From contig NC_043000.1 of NCBI RefSeq assembly GCF_006345805.1, positions 134,292,001 to 134,356,000 on the forward strand: DNA of 64,000 bases, in the 5' to 3' direction. The position numbers and the translations under genes were made by a program. Source of the DNA: Octopus sinensis. Lineage: Eukaryota. Shown piece by piece: positions 1 through 12,553 of this stretch (position 1 is the stretch's first letter; each line of letters begins with the position of its first letter). The notes under the pieces are model-generated. The model searched no databases. It had not been told where the DNA came from and saw only the letters and a list, made by a program, of their open reading frames with translations.

Positions 1-356
1 AGTCCAATGACTGAGAACATTAACCTAATAAAAAAATTTTTAAATTAGATAAATATCATATAGATATTTATCATGATATTTATCATTAGATAAATATCAA
101 ATGGCGGTGCCCCAGCATGGCCACAGCTCATGAGCTGAAACTAGAATCAATCAATCATATAGATATTATCTTCAATGTCTATATTTAATTAAAATTATAA
201 TGGTCATATAGGTATTTTAAAGCATGTTCAATATGAAAAGTGATATTACATAAATTCCTGAAACATTTTCTTATATATTATTATCATCATTTTAATGCCC
301 ACTTTTCCATATTAATGGCCTTATTTATCATCTATATTCCATACCATCATGGGTTA

Positions 357-357
<1 letters not shown>

Positions 358-422
<65 letters not shown>

Positions 423-573
423 TGAAGTGATGACAGATTTTATATATTAAGAAAAAGGAGGTAGTCAGGATTTGGATAAAAACTATTTATTTAGCACTTT
501 CATCCCTTTTAGGGAGTCATTATGACTGAATAGTTTTTAGCCAAATCCTGACTTCCTCCTCTTTCTTTATATA

Positions 574-656
<83 letters not shown>
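358..656. repeat. Two (TA)n arrays (358-419, ~586-656) flanking a short inverted-repeat element
   Basis: Directly visible dinucleotide arrays. Confidence 0.95.
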
Positions 657-661
<5 letters not shown>

Positions 662-2004
662 AATCAATCATTAAACGTATCCAAACAGTGATAAGTGATA
701 AATTTAAGTGATAAGATGATGTACCTTTTCATTCAGGTGCAACACCAGAAAATTTTTTTAACTTGTATTATTGCGAGCTGAAGGTGATCAGTAACCCAAA
801 TAGAGATAAGTCAAAGGAAATATAAAACTAACCTGAGACACCTTGAGTGTGGAAAGGAAATTACTAAAAAAACATCACAGAGATGTATCTCTATAATTCC
901 ATCTAATCCAAATGATGTGGTGGAAGCAAAGAAAGGTATATGGATTTCTTATATACTTTCAGTACTGTTAAGCTCTGCAGAGATCTTTAACTTAAACAGG
1001 TATATTACTTGCTAAATGACTAAGTAGGATGTAATGTACCTATTATAAGCAAATGTACAAGAAAAGAGTAATGAAAACTTGTGATGCAGATGGTATGGAG
1101 TATAAACAATTTTTCTTTAAAAAAAATAGCAGTGTCAATAATAAAAATAAACCAATAATAGGATATGATATATAACGTTCAGTTCATTGAATCTCATAAA
1201 AGCTGAATGAGTAGAGATCAGAGATTTTAGAGGAACTTCAAAGAGGAAACCAGCCTCTGACGGAAACAAATCCATTTATGCTGCCAGCAACCTAACAAAC
1301 CCACCCACAACAGGATACATAACTGATAAACATCTGCCTGAATCTATGACTATTTCCCAAGCAAGAAGACTGTGGGGGAGTGATACAGCAGTGATAAATA
1401 CAATGCCATAAGACCCTTAATGTAATGGAAGTCTAGGTTTTATAAGCTGTAGCAGGCAGGTTTATCTACTGGGATATATAGATCAGGTGTAATGGAAAAT
1501 AAAAATAAATATAAAAAATAATTTGAAAATACAAAAAAAATAATTAAAAAGCTTAAAACAATGTTTGGCAAGTTTTCTTCAGAAAAAGCATTCCCAGTTG
1601 ACATGAACCATGTGCGAAGGCCCTGAATTCCTTCTTTTGTAAACAGATTAAAATAGGCTCTTAGGAAAAGTCAAGTTTATTTTGAGATAAGTGGCAGCAC
1701 ATGTTCAGAATTAAAGTAGTTTTTTCATGAAGACACTATCTGTATACCTGTTCATTATTCATGTAGATGAGCAAAAAAGTAGCAGTTGTATGGAGAGAGT
1801 ACATAATGTAAAGTGTATAGATCATATACAGAATGTCATTGCCAAAGAGTGTAGTTCACAATTTTGATCAACAGACTTGATTAAATATATATAGTTTGAA
1901 TTAATACTCATAAAAACAATTTTGATTGAATAAAGTTCTCATAAAATACAAGGTAAAAAAAGAAAAACAGACATGAAGAAAGAATTAAACTAATACACAT
2001 TTTC

Positions 2005-2165
2005 TACTACACCCACGGAGTGGTTGGCGTTAGGAAGGGCATCCAGCTGTAGAAACACTGCCAAATCAGACTAGAGCCTGGTGCAGTCTCCATGGTTTCC
2101 AAACCCTGGTCGAACCGTCCAACCCATGCTAGCATGGAAAACGGACGTTAACTGATGATGATGAC
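2005..2165 (+). mobile_element. Family C SINE/RTE-type 3' tail fragment ending in (ATG)n
   Basis: ggagtggttggcgttaggaagggcatccagctgtagaaac...catgctagcatggaaaacggacgttaactgatgatgatg; the same sequence recurs in reverse at 19098, 21450, 38635 and 55987. Confidence 0.85.
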
Positions 2166-2356
2166 ATTTTATGATCAGAGGATGAAATTTTATATATGAC
2201 AATTAAAGGCAGCCTGTGTATAAATGTTTACAATTGTTAATATAACATCAAATATCCACTTCTTCAAGTTTGCATGGATCAGACAGAATTTGCAAAGGTA
2301 GATTCTCTACAGCCTGATGCATTCCATCAGTCCACAGAGAGCACACACACACATGC

Positions 2357-2520
2357 ATATACGAGATGAGCTTATTTCAGTTTCTATCTACTAAATCCAC
2401 TAACAAAGCTTTGGTTGGCCTGGGGCTAGAGTAGAAGATACTTGCCCAAGGTGCCACACAGTGGCAAATATATTCTACTCAAGCCCCTGAACCCAAGACC
2501 ACACGGTTGAGAAGCAAGAT
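2357..2520 (-). mobile_element. Family A tRNA/CORE-like SINE, 5' half
   Basis: Reverse complement matches the head and cttgggcaagt(g/a)tctt body of the full copies such as 9487. Confidence 0.8.
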
Positions 2521-2707
2521 GTTATTGCTTAACTCCATCTTAATCCTCATAAAGTTCACCTATGATCAAAAGTACTCCAGCCATGACATCCCTATCAATT
2601 TCCTGTGTAGGGAATCAAGGAGTATATTATTGAATGTGAGCTTTTTAAGATGGTGGCTAAATATTAATAAGATATTTTCTTTAATGAGAGGGGGAAGGAG
2701 AGATGGA

Positions 2708-2753
<46 letters not shown>

Positions 2754-2789
2754 CACTAGCTAATAGTAATCCTTAATAGCCTTGAGAAA

Positions 2790-2947
2790 GGCGGTCAGCT
2801 AAGCAGTATCATTACAGCAACAGAAAACGTGCCTTGCAGTATTTATTCTAGCTCTTTACATTCTGAATTCAAATCCTGCCGAGGTCAACATTGTCTTTTA
2901 GAGTGGGGTATAAAATTAAGTACTAATCTACTATTGAGGCTGATGAA
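2790..2947 (+). mobile_element. Family B tRNA-derived SINE, 5' part
   Basis: aaggcggtcagct...ctgaattcaaatcctgccgaggtcaac...aaattaagtact, similar to the intact B copy at 59195-59427. Confidence 0.75.
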
Positions 2948-3205
2948 GCTATCCCTAAAAGGTTGGGCAGAGGTGGAGAACGCATACATTGCACCTATCA
3001 TCAAGTACTGTCTGACCGTCATGCCTTGTCCCGACCCTACCATCACCAAACTAGAACGCATACTCTTCCGCTTCTTGTGGTAGGGAAGCGTTCCGATGGT
3101 TAGGTAATCCATTTGCTGTCAACACCCACTAAATGGAGGGCTAGGCATGCTGTGGTTGATGATGTGCAGACGTGCGCTGAGACTGCGACATCTCCGGCGC
3201 TTCAT
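2948..3205 (+). mobile_element. L1/Tx1-clade LINE ORF2 fragment (post-RT region), degenerate
   Basis: Translates as LSLKGWAEVENAYIAPIIKYCLTVMPCP..LERILFRFLW*GSVPMVR*SICCQHPLNGGLGM..LRLRHLRRF, which resembles the Tx1/L1 LSLxGR...FLW...GGLG region; contains stops. Confidence 0.75.
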
Positions 3206-3796
3206 AAACAATGATACTCCTTAGCTGACCGCCTTTCTCAAGGCTGACCATTGTCTAGAAACAATAACTACTTTCAGAAATTGGTCATTCATTATGTAGC
3301 TAAAGACATTGTTTTAGGATCACAAACCCTAAATATATATACTCCAGCAAAAAACAAAACAATATTCTTCAGTTTAATTACAGCTATAAAACATTATTTT
3401 ATGCTCACTTAATTTTTTGTTTTTCATTTTCTGTAAAGAAACAAAAATGCTATTGGAGATATGATAACTGACATTTTGATTTTGTTTGGTGAAGTTGCAC
3501 CTGAATGCAAGTGTTACTAGTGTTTTCTATGATATAATTGTTAATTTCCTGAGAAAATGTTGCAAAAGTATGAAATCTGCTATGAAAACAAGAGAAAACA
3601 GAACATCTCAGAACTGCTCCTCCACACAGAAAGGGCAAATACTATTTATAGCATTGATTTGTGGTGGTTATATTTTGAGAAGTAAAAGCATGGCTAAATC
3701 TTACTATATAAATGTTCACCTGTAATGTCAATATATTGGTCCTAATTCTTAAAGTTTTCAATAAAAAGTTTTATATAATTATTTCAATAAATATAT

Positions 3797-3837
<41 letters not shown>

Positions 3838-4068
3838 AGCAGACACATGTGTGGTTGGCAGTAGAAGCCATGCCATGCCATTAAATGAAACATGACAGAT
3901 GTGATCCCAGACCCATCCAGGGAGGCAGAAATACAAAATAAGAACTTACTTTAATAGTAAAGGCCATCTAACCCATGCCAGTATAAAAAGATATATCATC
4001 ATTTAACGTCCGTTTTCCATGCTAGCATGGGTTGGACGGAAGCATGGGATATATATATATATATATAA

Positions 4069-4428
4069 TCTCTTATCTTTTACTTGTTCCAGTCATTAGA
4101 CTGCAGCCATGCTGAGGTACTGGCTTGAAGAATTTCAGATGAACAAGTCAACACCACTAATTCCATTTTTTAAAGCCTGGTAGTTATCCAATTGGTCTCT
4201 TTTTGCCAAACTGCTAAGTTATGGGGATGTAAACACACCAAACTAGCTGTCAAGCAATGTTGGGGGGACAAACACACACAACAGGATTCTTTCAGTCTCC
4301 ATCAACCAGATCCACTCACGAGGCTTTGGTCAGCCTGAGGCTGCAGAAGATACTTGCCCAAGATGCCACACAGTGGGACTGAACCCGGAACCATGTGGTT
4401 GAGAAGCAAACTTCTTACCACACAACCA
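4069..4428 (-). mobile_element. Family A SINE, near full length, followed by (CA)n 4442-4511
   Basis: Colinear with the other A copies from head to tail. Confidence 0.85.
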
Positions 4429-4436
4429 CATGTGTG

Positions 4437-4514
<78 letters not shown>

Positions 4515-6247
4515 GCAATAGAATTATCAATTTTGTATTTAATTAGCAATGATGAACTGTGCACTTAGTCAAAACAATTAACTCTTATTTGTTTGGTCCA
4601 GTAGGCTGTAAATAGTTACAATTAATTGAAATAACTCACTGTTATAAGCATCAAGAGAACTGTATAATTAATATTTATTTCTTTAGCCTATAGCATTCAG
4701 TTCAATTTTCCTATGAACTAACAGGAGACAGCATACAACTACACTGGTGCCCATAATCAAATAAGAACTTAGCAATTTACTCCACCTTGCCATTAAGTTG
4801 CATCTAGTGTACAACAGTCATCAAGCACAGCATATATAAAAATCTATTAGGTGAATTTATTATTTAATTACTTGACACCAAATATATATTAAAATATAAA
4901 ATATAAAATATAAAGCTGAAAATTTAAATTATATATTGAAAAATGTGTATATTAAAATCTTTAACTAGTAAAGCAGAAGTGCAAACAATCAGAGTGGAAA
5001 TAATAACAACAGAAGTATTTTTAATACTTATTATATACTACTAAGTTTCTAACACCTACCATATTTATAACCTAAATTATATATATATTACACACACACA
5101 CACAAACAAGGTCTTCACAAACTACAGGGGATCATAAAACTGGAGCCTACCTCTATATTCACAAGCATGAAAAGAGAATCTCTGTTTGATTAGGACAGTT
5201 TATAGAAAACAGCATTCTTAGACTGTGTATGTGTGTGAGACAGAGAGAGAAAGAGCCAGAGCCAGTCCTTGAGAAATGTTTTTGTAATCAAGTTCAGAAG
5301 TATTGAATAGCATATCACAATTATTAGGAGATCTGAGTATCAACATACTAAAAAAATTTTAGTTAATAGTAATATTTGTTATAAATATTTCTGCATTGTG
5401 TGCGCATCAAGAGGTACAAAATCAAATTTTATAAAAAGAGAGCAAACATTATTTACTAAACAATACAATGAGAACTTTAAACAGTCCATTATATTGACAG
5501 TTACAGTGTTAATACAATGTTTTTAATAGTATTTTTTTTTTCTCGTTTTTTTTTTCCCACTCTCCTCTCTCCTTTAAAATTTATTTCAGCATTTAATGGT
5601 CAGTTTCAGTTTACACTTCATGGACCAAAATAGTCTTGGAACTAAGCAATGAAACAGCTGCACTTAGAGCCAGCTGATTCCCAAAATAAATTGTTTGCAC
5701 AATTCATTCTCTGTTATTGTTTGATATAAGAGGCTGATGACAAAACTAGCTGGCATGCTGACAGCTATCCTTAATCTCTTTAGAACTTGTTTTCTCTCTA
5801 AATCAGCATTTCTGCCATTTAGCTCAATGAAACGATTTTAAATCTCTGCTTCTATTACCTCATCTGTAGTTGTGCCAATTACAACCCTATGAAGAAGCTA
5901 CAGGTATTGCTGATAGTATGAAGCATGAAACTTATCTAGAGTATAAACAACCAATTTACAAATTATTCTGTCCAGATTGCATGTTATAGTATTCTGTATG
6001 TGACTCTAATTGGCATGTTTTGTCCAGCAAGAATCGTATTCAAACATTAGTTCTGAAAGGGTCACAAGCAACACAATATCATTGCTCTCATGGGAGCAAT
6101 AAATCCATTGTATTGGCTAACTAATTTACTAGCTCTTTGTAGAATTAACACAGATGTATTGATCTATATCAAGCGTCAACTAAAAGGTACCAAACAACAT
6201 ACTGTGTATACCATTGCCATCATCATTACAATATCCTTTTTTTTTTT

Positions 6248-6660
6248 CAAGCTTGTGTAGGTAAGATGGATCTTTTCCAGCACAGTATTTTGCCACTTGT
6301 TGTTCAGTATCAAATCTTTTGTGAGGTTCAGCCTCCTGAAGCCAGCTTTTACCACACCTAACTACATTTTCCTTCGTGTTCTTATTCAGCAGCTTTCTTC
6401 TAATTCTACTTCTTTACTGAAGCTGTCATCTTCCATTCACATCACATGATCACACCAGCAAAGTCTTCTTTCCTACACAATTCATTAGATTCCGCCAATA
6501 CTCAGCTGTTCTCTCAGCTTACTTGTGCTCAATCCCTGCCTCAATACAAGCATTACGCATTCAACAGAGTATACTTGCCTCAATGCTTTCCAACCACCAT
6601 ACACCACACGCATTCAATCCCCATTTTTCACTATCATGCAACACCGCACTTCATGCACAA
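6248..6660 (-). mobile_element. RTE-clade LINE 3' coding end, degenerate
   Basis: Minus-strand mosaic translation ~MRSAVLHDSEKWGLN..LESIEASIL..KLREQLSIGGI..HVM..NKWQNTVLEK, like RTE ORF C-termini (LHGSETW...RNEASML...WYGHV). Confidence 0.7.
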
Positions 6661-7988
6661 ATGTTATATAATTTACACAGGAAAATGGGTGTGTAGTTAA
6701 GTCTATTTTACAGTCACATGGTTCAGGGTTCAATCCCACAGCACTGCACAGGGGGTAACTGGTTTCTTGCATATTTTCAAATAAACCAATACCTTGTAAG
6801 TGAAATTTGGAAGTTGAAAACTATTCAGAAATTCAGTGTGTGCAAAAAATTGATACATTCAAACAGAAATACTTCGCAAATTATCTTTCCTTACACCAAT
6901 GTTCACTTTACATTATATATATAATGTGAAAAATGAACACCAAAGTCCTGGGGTCAATATAATAAATTAAAATTCTGGAATAGTGTACTCCAGCATGGCC
7001 ATGAGCCAGTGACTTAAACCAGTAAAAGGAGAATAAAAGAAGTGATAAGCCCATTCTATAAACTGAAACATAATGACCAGTTAGCATGAGTTGACATTAA
7101 GTTGCTGATTGATTCGTTACAACAAATCCCTACTTTGCAATATTGCTCCAGTTGTATGTATGTGTGAACCCATGCATCTGTAGATGTGCACATGCATCTT
7201 CATACTCCAGGTAATTACTTTTTAAATTGAATACCTAATTCCTAATCTCAGATATTATGCTGTTGTTGGGTAAAGCACTCTAATTTACTTACCTTCTCAT
7301 GTATATACTCATCAGGTAAATATTGTTTTTAAAAATAGATATACTAAATAACAATGTATAAAAGAAAGAAGAAAGAGCTAATTGAGAAGGGAAAACTCAT
7401 TTCAGGTAAAGGCATAATTCACCAAATTTACCATGAAGCTACTGGAAGCTCTTAATTTCAATCTCATTTATAACCTTATAAGTTTATGCATGCATAGTCA
7501 AAAGGCATTCCATTTTGCCCAGGCTGAGAACCCAGCTATATTAAATACAAAACAGCAAAGGCCACTTAGCTAACCTAAATTTATATTTATTTCCTATGTA
7601 TAATTAATCATATCAGAACTGAGATCAATCCACTTTTAGTTTGCTGATATAATTAGAAACAAATATTGTTTATGAAATATTAAATTGAAAAAGAGTAAGT
7701 TTAAAAGTTGGCGATGAAGTTAGAGTTAGCAGCGATTTACAGAGATTTAAATTTTATGCTTGTTAAGATGATCAATGCCTATCAATATATAAAATCTGCT
7801 ACTACTATTTTTTCAGTAAATTAATTAGTGGGAGACATAACAGTTGCCAATTTGGCAAAGGGAAATAGTCTGGTCAAGTGGTTAGGAAATAGAGAGTTAG
7901 CAAGAAGGAAGTAGAGATGATGAGGATGAAATAACTAGATGGAGAGTAAGCCAGATAAACTTCAAGATTATTTTTAAATAAACAATAC

Positions 7989-8032
<44 letters not shown>

Positions 8033-8294
8033 TGCATCTATATATGTACATGCAGGTATATATAGTTATACGTAAAAGCAATAAAACATTAATTGGAAGT
8101 GCACTCGTTACATTTAAGTAGAATGTAAAATTTATTTTTGTAAGAAAAAGGGTGAAAGTGATTTCAAAATTTCACTATTGTCTGACTTCTTCAGACTATT
8201 TGATTAAACTTTTCAAAAGCAAAACTATGAAGTTACTGTCAACTTTTGCATGTGTGTGTACATATATATATGCGTGTGTGTATGTATGTATCAG

Positions 8295-8945
8295 ACTTTA
8301 GGACTTCCACAATCAATATCAGTATAATGATAGGTAGATCAAGGGAGACGGTAGAGATGCTGACATGGAAACAAGTACATGTGGGTTGTATACAAGAAGT
8401 GAGATGGAGGGGCAACAAAGCTAGAAATTTTTCAGGGTGGGTAACACTATGATGACTTCCCCAGGATACAGGTACAACAGCATCATCTTTAACTGTTACA
8501 AGGTCAAGGGAGATACTCTAAAGAGAGTAACTACCAGGGTATCAAACTGATGGATCGGGTAAACCCCTCTACTTAGCTTTTATAAACCTAGAAAAGGATT
8601 TTGACTGTGTTCTATACATCATAATCTGATATTCACTAAGAAATCTAAGGATAAAAAATAGGTTGTGAGAGCTGTACAAGTTCTGAGCAGGTGTGCCATC
8701 AGCAAGGTGGGAGTAAATAAGTTAAGCAAAAAATTTAGAATGCTGGTTGGTGCACATCATGATTCACTTCTCAGCTGTCTTTTGTTTATCAGAATCTTCC
8801 AAGCCAAAACAGAGTTCAAGACTGGCTGCCAATTGGAATATATTATGCAATGGCCTAGTTCTTATGGCTAAATTGGTTGAAGACTTAAAGAGGAAATTTC
8901 AAACTTGGAAGCAAAATCTAGAACCAAGAGGCCTAAACCTAACAA
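8295..8945 (+). mobile_element. RTE-clade LINE remnant: APE endonuclease N-terminus joined to RT motifs
   Basis: FRTSTINISIMIGRSRETVEMLTWKQVHVGCIQEVRWRG (APE start); CYKVKGDTLKESNYQGIKLMD; AFINLEKDFD; LVGAHHDSLLS (VGVHQGSVLS-like); EFKTGCQ...DLKRKFQTWKQNLEPRGL; many frameshifts. Confidence 0.8.
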
Positions 8946-9486
8946 ATTATCTCAAGCTCATATTGTACTAGAGTTGTTTTTGTTCTTTACTTGTCTAAGC
9001 ATAATAAAAAAGACAACTAAATGCCAAAAGTGAATTAACATTTTCAAAACTCAATCTAGAGGCAGATATAAGTAAGAGACTACTAAATATATCAAACACA
9101 TCAAATATAATATTTTTGTACCATGCACTGGAATCAAATCCGAGATTACTGATCAGCCCAAACCTTGAAGGTGGAATTGGGTAGATGGAAACCATGTGGA
9201 AGCTCATCATAATGGACAGTATCTGCAATTCACACTGATTCAGTCTGAGAATTACACTAAGTATACACATGTCTGTGGAACACTCAGCCACTTACATGTC
9301 AATTTGACAAGCAGAGAGCTCAAATGACTGAGCAACTGAATGTTCATCCTCAAAATAGCTGGTGAATCCTTCATCATTATCATCATCATATTATAAGTAA
9401 GAAACCACACACATGCATGCACAAACATACACACACACAAATATATATATATATATGTATATGTGTATATATATATATGTATATAT

Positions 9487-9853
9487 AGGCACAGGAGTGG
9501 CTGTGTGGTAAGTAGCTTGCTAACCAACCACATGGTTCCGGGCAAGTGTCTTCTGCTATAGCCCCGGGCCGACCAATGCCTTGTGAGTGGATTTGGTAGA
9601 CGGAAACTGAAAGAAGCCTGTCGTATATATGTATGTATGTGTGTTTGTGTGTCTGTGTTTGTTCCCCTAGCATTGCTTGACAACCGATGCTGGTGTGTTT
9701 ACGTCTCTGTCACTTAGTGGTTCGGCAAAAGAAACCGATAGAATAAGTACTGGGCTTACAAAGAATAAGTCCCAGGGTCGATTTGCTCGACTAAAGGCGG
9801 TGCTCCAGCATGGCCGCAGTCAAATGACTGAAACAAGTAATAGAGTAAAAGAG
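9487..9853 (+). mobile_element. Family A tRNA-derived CORE-like SINE (B-box region deleted) with internal (TA)/(TG) tract
   Basis: aggcacaggagtggctgtgtggtaag head, gggcaagtgtctt body, tail ...aaatgactgaaacaagtaatagagtaaaagag. Confidence 0.9.
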
Positions 9854-9934
9854 TATACACACACACATACACACATATATATATACACAAATACACAAAC
9901 ATACACACATACAAACATACATGTACCCACCCGT

Positions 9935-9979
<45 letters not shown>

Positions 9980-10613
9980 TGAGAAAAAACGAAAAGACTG
10001 AAGTCTTCTGGAAATAGCACGGAGTTTATGTTTCCTACACTGCAATGAAAACACTGAACTGTTGTTGCCTGGTGGATATATAACCCATTAGATACAAATT
10101 CAGTCTTCTCTAACGTTAATAATAACAAGAATTGTTTGAGCTTCAATGGTAGTTCAGTGCAATTTTCCTCATGTGCCACAATTGTATTGCTCATCAGGCA
10201 TTAATTAACATTCCTGGATTATATACCTGTTGAAGTGAAAGAATTAATTAGGAAGACTAAATGAAATGAAAGCTAATACAGAGAATAGATCATAGAGCCA
10301 GGAAATGTTTCTAATAAAAGATGCAGAAATTATTCCAAAGTTATCAATAGATATTTGGTTATTGTTTTTGTTCTGTTTGCTTGTTTGTTTGTTTGTTTGT
10401 TTTTTTCACAGCAAATGTAGTTATGTGGAAGGCAACTACATTTACAAATAACCCAATAGAAATGTGTATACACACTCACACAATCATTCATATATCTGTG
10501 TTTGTGTAGGAATATTTTTGTATGAACAAATATATATATATATACAGTCGTCTCTCTCCCTCTCCCTCTCACACTTTCTATGTATGTGTGTATAAATATA
10601 TGTATAGACATAT

Positions 10614-10648
<35 letters not shown>

Positions 10649-11649
10649 ACACACATACATATACATAAATACATACACATACGTACATATACATGCACAA
10701 ACATACACACAGGCACACACGCATTTCATATCTGCTATATAATGGCGTTCCAACCTCGTTTAAACTATATGTATTTACAAAACAATATATTCCAATAATA
10801 ATAATTATATCTAACCTCTGTAACATACTTTATCAATAAATCAAAATAATGTGTGCATGTGTGTGCATATACACACACCATGCACATAAAGAAACAAGAG
10901 TAATGTTACATCAAAGAGAAGACAAAATTCAAATCCACTTTTATTTGCCCAACATGTCATGATTCTTTTAAGGACACGAACAGCAAGAGCCAAACAAATT
11001 GATGTTTATAGTAGCACCACAAATGAATTGTATTAAGTTGAAATAATACAAAGAAAACAAAACTAAATTATGTTACACAACAAAACTGCTTCAGAAACTT
11101 GTCTAAGTTCCGCCATTGTATATTGAGAAACAGCTAATGGATTTTATTTCATAATTTAGTTAAGCTAGACAAAATATATCAATTTCTTTTGCTGCAAAAA
11201 AAAAAAAAAAAAAAGAGGCATCTGTATTAAAAGTTAGTAGTAAGTTCTTGATGTAATCATCTTTTTTGTTTTGTTTTGTAGGGGTGTTTTTTTTTTGTTT
11301 TATTTTGTTTTGTTTTTTCTGTGGATGGTGATGACTGAGAATTTATAAAAACATGAAGGAAAAAAGTTAAACAATAAAAAAAAAATTAAATTGTGTCAGA
11401 CAATGGGAGCAGCAATGGTTACATAGAGGGAAAGTCCACTTTAGTACCATGTGATTTGAAGTTCAATTTCCCAGTGCAGCACAAGGCCAACCAAAGCCTT
11501 GTAAATTTTGTAGATGGAAACTGTATGGATATCCATCATATATTTTTAAAAAACATACTTTTTCTTTCTTTTTTTCTCTTTTTCTTTACTTGCTGAGCCT
11601 GGCAGAAGAAGGAAGAGCCCATGACCCTTGCAGACCTTCCAGGACTGAT

Positions 11650-11890
11650 GAGATTAATACTATAAACATTCTGTTAACTGTTTTAAGTTAACACATGCAG
11701 GAAAGACATAAGCAGGGAGGAGATTCCAGAGGGATGACGCTCTGGGGGTGAAGAACTGGACATACTAGTTGGTATTGGTTGGCGGGTGCTCAAGCAGTGG
11801 AGGTATGAAACAAGCCAGCCCCAAGGAACAGAAGCAATTATGGTAATGGATGGGTCTCAAAATGTCTCTCCTTTTGTTGCAGTTCATTAT
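11650..11890 (-). mobile_element. CR1-like LINE 3' end fragment
   Basis: Minus strand reads VQFFTPRASSLWNLLPAYVFPACVNLKQ, like the SFFPRTxxLWNxLPxxVFP C-terminus of CR1-group ORF2. Confidence 0.7.
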
Positions 11891-12281
11891 CATTTGCTCC
11901 ACACAGCAACAGAAGTTCCAAGGAGTTCTTTTATGGTTGGACACCCTCCTTATCATCAACTATTTTTAAGTGTAGAGTAGGCACATTTTGTTATGTCACC
12001 AACACTAAAGATGGTCTGAGAGGAATAAACAGTCCCTGCTACTCTCTATCAGATTTTGTTCAGAATTACAGGCCTCCCAGATGAGTAGTGTAACCTTATT
12101 GATCATGGAGTCCATATCTCCTCTCTTGTGTTCCATCCTGCTTTTGTGTGTATGTGTGCATGATATTTTATTGTTATTTTAATTTTAATATTTCTATTAT
12201 ATGTAATTTTCTAGATGGTGTAATTTAATTGTTCATTTTGAATTGATAAAAGGTGGGGTTTTTTCTAATATATATATATAT

Positions 12282-12400
12282 GGCCTACTCGCTTAGCCAG
12301 CGGAGTGGCATCATTTGGAGGCTAAAACAATGCGAAGCGCATTGTGACCAGCGATGTGTAGCAACATCTGATAGCCTGGTCGGTCACGTGATCACATGAT
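12282..12400. mobile_element. CpG-rich repeat fragment embedded in (TA)n
   Basis: ~120 bp CpG-rich segment ending cggtcacgtgatcacatga, with (TA)n on both sides; family not assigned. Confidence 0.5.
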
Positions 12401-12502
12401 ATATATATATATATATATCATATTGTGTGAAATTTGATTTAGTATTTCTAAATTGAATTTTTTTCCCTGTAAGTTTGGATTTATATTCCCTAAAATAATA
12501 AT

Positions 12503-12553
<51 letters not shown>

